DNA from: an uncultured bacterium
GTDB lineage: Bacteria; Chlamydiota; Chlamydiia; Chlamydiales; SM23-39
Direction of reading: 5' to 3'
NCBI GenBank assembly: GCA_965370365.1
Contig: CBDUSP010000003.1
Location: forward strand, 1 to 50,525
DNA length: 50,525 nt
The notes beneath the pieces are model-generated. The model saw only the letters and a program-made list of their open reading frames with translations. It had not been told where the DNA came from and ran no database searches. Shown here piece by piece: positions 36,105 through 44,209 of the stretch. The translations under genes were made by a program, and so were the position numbers. How positions within the stretch are numbered: position 1 is the stretch's first letter; the number at the start of each line of letters is the position of its first letter.

Positions 36105-37352
36105 ATGGCAAAACGACTTCTTCTTTTTCTGACTCCATTTTTTCTTTTTGCTCAAGTAAACCCCGATAGACAGGACTCAGACGCTTTGAGGCGTTGGTTA
36201 CAAGACAAGCGTCTTGTGACGATGAAGGAGATCGGTGGGGATCTGTCACTGAGTGGAGAGGTTCGTACTGAATTTCAAACAACAAGTGAAAAAAGCGATG
36301 GAGATCAGCTCCGAGGCAATGGAAGTCTACGTCCCATGTATGCGTGGGATGTTGAATTCAATCTCATGCTTGATTATCGAGCAGATCGCACCTGGGCGGC
36401 TGTCAAGCTTGAATATGATAACGACATGGGGCAAAAGTCAGGAACAAAAAACAAGATTCATCTTGAGAAGGCCTTTATTGGGGCTCGTCTTGTAGATGGC
36501 GATACGTTTACTCTCGATGCTGAAATTGGACGCAGATTTTTAAGTAACGTATACGACTCGAAAATTCAATTTGGCTCGAGATATGATGGGGCGTTGCTCC
36601 GTTTTAGTAAGGCGTTTGAATCCATTGGCAATTTCTACACAAATCTTGGCGCTCTCATCATCAATGATCGAACAGATCACTATGGATTTGTAACAGAAAT
36701 TGGGCTGCTTCGGATTGCAAATACGGGCATGAACCTCAAATACTCAATCATTGATTGGAATATTGGTGGAGAAAATGAGAAGGGCAATACAAGTCTCAGG
36801 ACAGCGATCATGGATCTTCGGTATCGGTTCTTGATTTCTCAAGCTCTCGTGTCGTATCAATTTTATCCTGAGTGGATTGGGAAAAAGCTGGTCAAGTTTT
36901 ATGCAGCTGCTCTAACAAATCACATTGCGCTTAGAGATCCTCTTGCGCGTCTTGGTGTTAAGGACCAAGCAATTGGAAAGCAGAATTGGGGTTGGTATGT
37001 GGGGGGTTCCATTGGTCTTCTAAAAAAGAAGAATGATTGGTCCGTTGACACGAGCTTCCAGTGGGTTCAGGCGCAGGCACTTCCAGGTTTTGACATTGGA
37101 GGGATTGGAAGAGGCAATGCAGATGATGTAGGTCTTTACTCACTCAAGGAAGGGGGTACAGGAGATCCGACAACAAGAGCAACCGCGACAGGAAAGCTGA
37201 ACTACTACGGCTTTGAGATAAATGGGAACTATTTATTTACAGGGAATCTGACGATCAATCCAAGTATTCGTTACTCTTGGACGCTAGATAAAAACCTAGG
37301 TCCAAATCTCATTTACCATCAATACGAAGTTGAGCTTATCTACGCTTTCTAG
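36105..37352 (+). CDS. CT623 (CHLPN 76 kDa homolog)-like outer membrane beta-barrel
   Basis: GDLSLSGEVR, DYRADRTW, KAFIG, EIGRR, QFGSRYDG, SIIDWN, GGIGRGN, terminal YAF. Confidence 0.78.
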   Translation: MAKRLLLFLTPFFLFAQVNPDRQDSDALRRWLQDKRLVTMKEIGGDLSLSGEVRTEFQTTSEKSDGDQLRGNGSLRPMYAWDVEFNLMLDYRADRTWAAVKLEYDNDMGQKSGTKNKIHLEKAFIGARLVDGDTFTLDAEIGRRFLSNVYDSKIQFGSRYDGALLRFSKAFESIGNFYTNLGALIINDRTDHYGFVTEIGLLRIANTGMNLKYSIIDWNIGGENEKGNTSLRTAIMDLRYRFLISQALVSYQFYPEWIGKKLVKFYAAALTNHIALRDPLARLGVKDQAIGKQNWGWYVGGSIGLLKKKNDWSVDTSFQWVQAQALPGFDIGGIGRGNADDVGLYSLKEGGTGDPTTRATATGKLNYYGFEINGNYLFTGNLTINPSIRYSWTLDKNLGPNLIYHQYEVELIYAF

Positions 37353-37361
37353 GAGACCTTT

Positions 37362-37871
37362 ATGAATCGCTTAGTGCCACAGTCAACAATTGCTACTAAA
37401 ATGTTTCGGATAGAAACAGAGTCACAGTATAAAGAAGTAAGAATGGTGATTTCTCTATCTGCAAGAGTTGCTCAAGCAGCATTTTGTATCGTGGCCATTT
37501 ACTCAAGCGTCGTAGCTTGTGGTGCTCTTGCTTCTAGTGGCATTTTCTTGCAAGTCGGAGTAATCGCTGCAGGGGAGATTTTCAAGACATGTGTTTGCTG
37601 TGACTTAATTCGGGTCTTTGGAACCCTCGCTTCACTATTCGAAAGAGAAGCTTTTGGTTTAGACCTCTCCTTAAGAGAGGGCATAAGCTCTGCTTTCCAG
37701 GCTTTCGGGATAAGTAGGGATACTGCCAATGACGGTATAGATAACGCGGCTAATGCACTAGGGATCTATGATGGCCTTGGCAAGGTATATGCAGAAAAAA
37801 TTACAGAAGGCACTCTTGTTGTTCATCATGCTAACCCATATCTTGCAAAAATTTTGAACCAACGAATTTAG
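37362..37871 (+). CDS. Hypothetical membrane protein with long bilobed hydrophobic segment (Inc-like)
   Basis: Hydrophobic stretch at about aa 29-72, no signal peptide; AGGAG RBS. Confidence 0.65.
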   Translation: MNRLVPQSTIATKMFRIETESQYKEVRMVISLSARVAQAAFCIVAIYSSVVACGALASSGIFLQVGVIAAGEIFKTCVCCDLIRVFGTLASLFEREAFGLDLSLREGISSAFQAFGISRDTANDGIDNAANALGIYDGLGKVYAEKITEGTLVVHHANPYLAKILNQRI

Positions 37872-37882
37872 ACTTGTAGTAG

Positions 37883-38653
37883 ATGATTATTGCGGAATCT
37901 TTTGCCAATATGAGAGAGCAACCCTCTGAAAAAGAAGATGTTGTCTCTCAAGCTCTTTTTGGTGAAAAAGTAACCGTTCTTCAGCAGGAGAAAGGGAGCT
38001 CTAAGATCACAACTTTAGATGGTTACTCGGGGTGGGTTGATTCTTGCTCACTCATTTCTTTATCCTATTCCCCTTCCCTATTCACGTGTCGCAAAGCCGT
38101 TCCTGTGTATGCAGAAAAAAATATTCGTTCGGGCCCTGTGATGATTCTCCCTTTTGGAGTTGGTTTGGAAGCGGATGCATCCGATGCCGAATGGATAGAA
38201 GTGGTTTTACCATCTGGTAAGAATGGCTTTATCCAAAAAGGGAACCTGTCTGAAGAGCAAAAGCTTTCAAAAAGCGATCTTGCGGATTTTGCGCTCGAGT
38301 TTTTGGGCCTTCCATACATTTGGGGAGGAAGATCAAGCTTTGGCTATGACTGCTCCGGGTTTGTCCAGATGCTCTACAAGCAGATGGGAATCACTCTCCC
38401 AAGAGATGCAACTCTTCAAATAAATGATCCGCGTTTATCTGAACTAGAGGAACCCACTTCAGGAGATCTTATTTTTTGGGGAGCTTCTCGAGAAAAAATT
38501 GGGCATGTAGGGCTTTATATTGATGAGGGGAAATTCATTCACGCGACAAGCCGAGAGCAAAGGCCTTGGTTGCGCATAAGCCATCTTACTGATTATCAGT
38601 GGGATCCAAAAACGTCTTCTATTTACCCGTATCGGGTGTGTGGCCGTATTTGA
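37883..38653 (+). CDS. NlpC/P60 peptidoglycan endopeptidase with SH3b domains (YkfC-like)
   Basis: SQALFGE, DGYSGWV, LGLPYIWGG, DCSG, LPRDA, GHVGLY, FIHA. Confidence 0.92.
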   Translation: MIIAESFANMREQPSEKEDVVSQALFGEKVTVLQQEKGSSKITTLDGYSGWVDSCSLISLSYSPSLFTCRKAVPVYAEKNIRSGPVMILPFGVGLEADASDAEWIEVVLPSGKNGFIQKGNLSEEQKLSKSDLADFALEFLGLPYIWGGRSSFGYDCSGFVQMLYKQMGITLPRDATLQINDPRLSELEEPTSGDLIFWGASREKIGHVGLYIDEGKFIHATSREQRPWLRISHLTDYQWDPKTSSIYPYRVCGRI

Positions 38654-38800
38654 ATGATCTCTACTTCTTTTTTCTCGATAGAAGGATTAAGCAATAGTCT
38701 AGTAAGAATATTTTGGTTTTGTGATTAAAAATAAATAGATTTGCTAAAAACAATGGTTTTGTCTATTCTTTGGCGAAAACAAGAACAAGGAGAGTTAGTT

Positions 38801-39568
38801 ATGATAAGTAGGATTTTTTCGGGAAAAGCAATGCCCGTGGTTTCAGGAACCTCTCCTGTGCTAGGTCAACTATGGCAGAGTATCAGACCTTTCTCTCAAA
38901 ATTCAAGTGGAACAGGACAGTCTGCCCTCGAAAGAGCTGAAGCGGTTTTCCTACGAACCATGCCCCAAAGCGATGTTCCCGTCAAAAAAACTCATAATCC
39001 CTTTAAATACGCTCTTAATATTGCGAGGAGTAACTACGGGTATTTCGGGAATCGTGCCTTACTTGATATTATGGATCTAAAAGAGATTTCCGTCGAAGAC
39101 GCTCTTAATATTGCGAATAGCAGTGACTTCGAGGATCTCAGGGACCGCGCTTTAGGGAAAATTGCGGGGCGAGAAGATATTTCCGTCGAAAAAGCTCTTG
39201 AGATTGCAAATAGCATTAGCACTGACGACACGTGTTTCAAGGAGTTTGCCTTAATTGATATTATAAGTCGAAAAGACGTCTCTTTCGAACAAGCTATTGA
39301 GATTGCAAAGGCTCAGGTGGACCCCTCCAATAAGATTTCTCTCATAAAGAAGATTATGCATCGAGAAGATGTCGTTTCCGGAAAAGTTCCCGCCCAGCAA
39401 GCTCTTAGGGCTGTAGCTGAAGTACTTGAATAGGGTCTTCAAGTTTTAGAACGCATTGCATATCGAAAAGATGTTTCTAAAGAGTATGCTCTTGTGAACC
39501 GTATCGAAGATAAAGGTACGAAGATCAGGGTGATTGCGCAAATCATGGAAAGCAAAGCTGGTAAGTAG
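38801..39568 (+). pseudogene. About 30 aa helical-repeat protein interrupted by an in-frame TAG at 39431-39433
   Basis: Repeats (ISVEDALNIANS / ISVEKALEIANS / VSFEQAIEIAK). The same frame stays open for 44 more codons with another repeat (IAYRKDVSKEYAL) to TAG at 39566. GGAG RBS before ATG 38801. Confidence 0.7.
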
Positions 39569-39607
39569 CAGAGCGTATAAAACGGACTTTCTGAAAGACT
39601 CTCAGTA

Positions 39608-41293
39608 TTAAGTCGTTCTAAACGAAATCTGTTTTTGCTTGAACTTGATTCCTGCAAAGGACTTAGGGGTAAAGCTTCTTCGCATGCGAAGGCGGACGTG
39701 GTGAAGCCCTTCTTCCTCTAGCAGTTCTTGATACAACTCAACGATATTGGGATCCCCTTCCTTGTAAAAGAAAAGACAAATCGGCCGATTTCTTTTCTGG
39801 CACTTTTGGAGCTCTTTGGAGATTTTTTTCTTTTCCTTATAAGAGGGCTCGCTCGAAGTTCTTCGAATCGATCCAAAAAGTCCATCGATCCACGGGAATC
39901 GAAAGAGAGACTTGCCCGGTGCAAAGATTTTCATAAACGGAAAGTGCACGTAGAGCAAAATCACGTCCCACCAAGAATTGCTCTGTAGAATAAGGATTGT
40001 TGAGGTCTCTGGAATGGGGGAGGTAAAGGTTGCTTTTCTAAAGCGCTTTAAAATCCGCGTTGCAAGGAATGGGAAGAATAGGGAAGAGAGTCTCCCCATC
40101 ATAATGATCGTTGCAAGGAGTGAAAGAACTCCGAGCAATGCAAAGCTTTGTGATGAAGAGAGGCCTAAGTGCTCATTGACAAAGTAAAGATATAGAGCCG
40201 CCATCAAAACACCGACAAAACTAAAAAAATTCGCCGTGGCGATGATTTGCCCACGCTTCTCTTTCGGGCTATTTATTTGCAAAAAGGCATCGCAAGGGAC
40301 AAGGTAGGCGCCTCCCGCAACTCCAAGAAGGAAGAGGCAAATAATCACACCGATAAGCGATGAAGAAACAAGCGAGAGAAGCAGAAAGAAAATCCCAAGG
40401 AAGCCTCCCGCAATACAGGTGATTCCGGGCTCTACAGAGTCTTTTGAGAGTCTTCCTGAAAGTGTCGAGCCGATTGCAATTCCAATGGCTGTTACCAAGA
40501 ATAAGTATCCCCCCCCGACTTCGTCCAAGTGGAGCGATTGCATCGCAAAAGGGATCATATTGAGCTGGGTAAAGGCCGCGACAAAGAGGAAAAAGGAAGA
40601 GCCAAAAATGCAGGGAAGAATGTTTGGAATATCCCAGCAGGTGCGAACCGTTTGATAAATTTCATAGAAAAAGAAAGGGCTGAGCTTCTTTGTTGATCTG
40701 GCGGGTTCTGTTTTTGTAATGCCAAGCGATGTGAGAAGACCGATGATCGAGACAATTACGCAAAATCCGATGATGAGAAGGAAGTTTTTGTTTGTAACTT
40801 CGGTTAAGAATGAGGCTAAAAACGTTCCAAGGATCATCGCAAGATAGGTCATTGAGGTGATCGACCCATTGGCTCTAGAGACACTTTCTTCTCCAACAAG
40901 CTCCGGAATAATCCCATATTTTGAGGGGCCAAAGATCGCGCTATGGGTTGCAAGGAGAAAAAGAGCTGCAAAAAGGCCAAATTCCCATACGAGAAAAACA
41001 GCTACTCCAGCAAAGAGGATGACAGCGAGCTCTAAGCTCTTTGAAAAGACAATAATGTTTTTTTTGCTGATGCGGTCTGCAAGAACACCTGCTGCAGAGG
41101 AGAAAAGGAGAAACGGGATCACGAAGATACCGCCAGCAAGAGAAAGGATCACGTTTGCAAACTCAGGCCCCTTCACTGAGATGAGGAGATAAATCACAAG
41201 GAGCTTAAATATGTTATCATTTAATGCCCCCATAAACTGGGTTGCATTGAGAAGATAGAACGAGCGGAAACTCGTTCGAAAAATCGATCGCAT
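39608..41293 (-). CDS. MFS transporter (LplT/Aas-type) with degenerate acyltransferase-like C-terminus
   Basis: TQFMGALNDN, AGVLADR, FGPSKYGIIPE, ANG. The C-terminal domain lacks the NHxxxxD His. Confidence 0.85.
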   Translation of the reverse strand: MRSIFRTSFRSFYLLNATQFMGALNDNIFKLLVIYLLISVKGPEFANVILSLAGGIFVIPFLLFSSAAGVLADRISKKNIIVFSKSLELAVILFAGVAVFLVWEFGLFAALFLLATHSAIFGPSKYGIIPELVGEESVSRANGSITSMTYLAMILGTFLASFLTEVTNKNFLLIIGFCVIVSIIGLLTSLGITKTEPARSTKKLSPFFFYEIYQTVRTCWDIPNILPCIFGSSFFLFVAAFTQLNMIPFAMQSLHLDEVGGGYLFLVTAIGIAIGSTLSGRLSKDSVEPGITCIAGGFLGIFFLLLSLVSSSLIGVIICLFLLGVAGGAYLVPCDAFLQINSPKEKRGQIIATANFFSFVGVLMAALYLYFVNEHLGLSSSQSFALLGVLSLLATIIMMGRLSSLFFPFLATRILKRFRKATFTSPIPETSTILILQSNSWWDVILLYVHFPFMKIFAPGKSLFRFPWIDGLFGSIRRTSSEPSYKEKKKISKELQKCQKRNRPICLFFYKEGDPNIVELYQELLEEEGLHHVRLRMRRSFTPKSFAGIKFKQKQISFRTT

Positions 41294-41338
41294 GTTACTA
41301 TCCTTCGTTATTCTCAAGACTATACATTGTACGGATAA

Positions 41339-44050
41339 GTGGAACAAACTGAAAAAAATTGTACGCACCCGAAGAAACTCATTTTGAGTCAGGATTTTGA
41401 TCTACTGGCAAAGTGTCTTTCGGCTGCTCTTCAAGATGATTTAGGGAAAAAGTGGATCTTTGTTCCAAGCATTTCCTTAAAGCAGTGGCTCCTCATTCAA
41501 CTTGCAAAACAGAGTCCAAGCGGAGGCATTGCCGGGTATAAGATTGTGACTCTCGATGAGATGTTGCATCAGGCATTCCCCGGGATTCCATCAAAACAAG
41601 AGATGCTAGGGCGTATCTATCTAGAGCTAGGGAACATTGAAGAAGTCAAAGATTTGCCAAAAATTGAACTTGCGCGCCAGCTATCGAAAGTCTTTTTTTC
41701 TTATGGAAACTATGGAGCGCCTGAAAAAGGCTCTTGGCAGGGAGATCTTTTTGCAAAATTTCACATGCCGATCCATTTTTTAGAAAAAGCTCCCTTTTTT
41801 GATGTGGGGAACTCCCCGTGTCACTTTTTTGGGTTTGATGTCTTACCGCCAGTTGTTTGGTCTTTTGTAAATAAAGCACCCTCTGCTTTTTTCTACATGT
41901 TTTCTCCATGTAGTCATTTTTGGGAAGATACCCTGACAGATAAGGAGCAAAGAAGGCTTTTACAAAAAGAAAGAGAGCTGCAGAAATACTTTTTGGTGGC
42001 GCCGTCTCTTCTTAGCAATTTGGGGAAAATCGGACGTGAGACAATGAAGGTTTTAGATGACTTTTCATTGGATATGGAACCTGTTTACGCTCCCACAAAC
42101 AATGAAACAGCCTTGAGCGCTTTGCAAGAAGAGATTCTTTCATTTGAAAAAAGAGAAATTCCTAAAGACTCTTCGATTCAGGTGTTTTGCACAGGGTCTT
42201 CCAGCTTCAAGCAAATTGAAATTCTTAAAAGTGAGATCCTATCTCTTGTCAAAGAGGGCATAAAATTTTCAGAGATGCTCGTTCTTGCCCCCGATATTCA
42301 AAAGTATCTCCCTCTCGTTGAGTTTGTTTTTTTAAGTGCAAAGATTCCATATCGCTTCCCTCATCTTTCAATTACAAGCCCCTTTTATCAGGGGATTTCC
42401 AGGTTAATTGAGCTTGCAAAAGGGTCTTGGGATGCATCAAAAGTGATCGCTCTTTTTGAGTCGCCAGTCTTCCGAAGCAAGCTTGCAATTGAGGATATCC
42501 AAATTTCTTGGATTCGGGAGCTTTTTGGCAATTCCTCTGATTGGGAAGCGAGCGCATATAAAATGCTCCAAAACGCAACATCTCTTTTTCCAGGACCCTC
42601 TCAAAGTCCAATCAGTGATTTGGATCTTTTTGAAAAACTCCTTGGAATTCTCCACTCTCTTCAAGAAGATTTATCTATGCACGAGCCCCTGTCTTTTGAA
42701 GATTGGGCTCTTAAGTGGGAGGAGATTGCTGAGAAGTATTTACTCGATGAGCAAGATACGTCTTTTTCAAGGAGTTTAAACGCGCTTAAAAGGGCGCGCT
42801 TAAAAAACCAAGTTTTCCCCTTTGAAGTTGTTGAAGAGTTTTTGAATAGGTCTGTTCATACATCTTGTTTTGGGAGCCATCTTCACGCGGTTTCTTTTTC
42901 CTCAATGGGCTCTATCCACCCAGCGCGTGCGGTGTTTTTAATTGGAATGGATGAGGAGAGTTTCCCAAGAAAAGATCAGTTTTCATCACTTGATCTTGTT
43001 AAAAAGGAACCTGAGCTCTCGCAGATAGACCGCTACTTTTTCTTGCAGACGCTTTTAAATACAAAAGAGTTTTTGCGGATTTTTTATGGCCATATTTCTG
43101 GAGAAGATGGAAAGCAAATTGGACCCGCAATGCCTGTACAAGAGCTCATCTCTTACCTTGGGGACTCTTCCCAAATCATCACTCCAAAAGTAGAGAACCC
43201 TTCTCGAGAGATTGCGCCGCAATTTTCTTTGAAATCCCCGCAACCTATAGAGGAAGGGGAAGAGCTTATTCTACCCCTTTCGGATCTGCTTTCTTTTTCA
43301 AGACACCCGTGGCGGCATTTTCTTCGAAAGCAGAAGGGAATGTACTTGGAAGATAGGCAAGATAAGTCTTTTGCGATGCTTCGAGCAGGACTTATGAAGG
43401 GAGCTCTTGAGTGGCCGCTTGAGAGAGTGTTTTCATCAAAAAAAGAAACCTTCCCCGGGGTTTTTGAAGAGGCATTTTTTGTCGACACGCAAGAGAAAAA
43501 AGAGCAGATGGATCGTCAGATAGATGCGTGGGGGAAAAAAGTGCACTCTCTTTCTCTTTTGCAAACAGCTGGAAATGGAGAGTTGCCGCCGTTAGAAATT
43601 CAAAACGTCAAAATTGTGGGTGATGTGCCGTTTTGTTTAGAAGATGGAGCTTTGCATTTTGGAGCAGATACACTTTCCTCATTAATTAGAGTTTGGCCGG
43701 AGGTGCTTGTTTCATGCGTAGCTCTGAATTCACAGAGTATCTATTTTTTAAAAACGGGGAAGATAAAGCAGATTGAGGATCCCGTAAGCTCACTTAAGAA
43801 ATTTGTGGAGTACTATCTTCGCTGCTCTGAAATTTTATCTCCTCTTGTCCCAGACTGGGCAGATGCTCTTTTAAGAAAGACGCCAGAGGATTTTTCTCAA
43901 GGCTTTGATTTTGAGGATGTTGTAAACGAGTGGGTGTCTCTTCGTCTTGATATGCCTGATGTTGAAGAGCTTTTTGAAGACTGGAAATGGCTCCGCTCTT
44001 CTTTTGAAGGATTAATACAATTGTATCCACTGAGGGTGTCTATAAAGTGA
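41339..44050 (+). CDS. recC: Exodeoxyribonuclease V gamma subunit
   Basis: FSPC..FW.D, L..LGK.GRE, VLAPDI..Y, GMDEESFPR, DRY.FL; position upstream of recB. Confidence 0.85.
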   Translation: MEQTEKNCTHPKKLILSQDFDLLAKCLSAALQDDLGKKWIFVPSISLKQWLLIQLAKQSPSGGIAGYKIVTLDEMLHQAFPGIPSKQEMLGRIYLELGNIEEVKDLPKIELARQLSKVFFSYGNYGAPEKGSWQGDLFAKFHMPIHFLEKAPFFDVGNSPCHFFGFDVLPPVVWSFVNKAPSAFFYMFSPCSHFWEDTLTDKEQRRLLQKERELQKYFLVAPSLLSNLGKIGRETMKVLDDFSLDMEPVYAPTNNETALSALQEEILSFEKREIPKDSSIQVFCTGSSSFKQIEILKSEILSLVKEGIKFSEMLVLAPDIQKYLPLVEFVFLSAKIPYRFPHLSITSPFYQGISRLIELAKGSWDASKVIALFESPVFRSKLAIEDIQISWIRELFGNSSDWEASAYKMLQNATSLFPGPSQSPISDLDLFEKLLGILHSLQEDLSMHEPLSFEDWALKWEEIAEKYLLDEQDTSFSRSLNALKRARLKNQVFPFEVVEEFLNRSVHTSCFGSHLHAVSFSSMGSIHPARAVFLIGMDEESFPRKDQFSSLDLVKKEPELSQIDRYFFLQTLLNTKEFLRIFYGHISGEDGKQIGPAMPVQELISYLGDSSQIITPKVENPSREIAPQFSLKSPQPIEEGEELILPLSDLLSFSRHPWRHFLRKQKGMYLEDRQDKSFAMLRAGLMKGALEWPLERVFSSKKETFPGVFEEAFFVDTQEKKEQMDRQIDAWGKKVHSLSLLQTAGNGELPPLEIQNVKIVGDVPFCLEDGALHFGADTLSSLIRVWPEVLVSCVALNSQSIYFLKTGKIKQIEDPVSSLKKFVEYYLRCSEILSPLVPDWADALLRKTPEDFSQGFDFEDVVNEWVSLRLDMPDVEELFEDWKWLRSSFEGLIQLYPLRVSIK

Positions 44051-44196
44051 GGCTTCGTCAATTTTGGGGATTATTTTGGCCGATTTTTGATTTTCTAAGA
44101 TGGAGTCATATACACGTATATTACCCCATCTTAGAAAATCAAAAATCGGCTCAAAAGAACCCCAAAATTGACAGAAGATCACTTTATAGACACCCT
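44033..44196. mobile_element. Palindromic MITE-like element, family B, inserted in the recC 3' end
   Basis: About 165 bp hairpin AGGGTGTCTATAAAGTGA ... TCACTTTATAGACACCCT with inner arms CCGATTTTTGATTTTCTAAGATGG / CCATCTTAGAAAATCAAAAATCGG; flanks CTG/CTA. Confidence 0.85.
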
Positions 44197-44209
44197 CTAA
44201 GGGGGAAGC

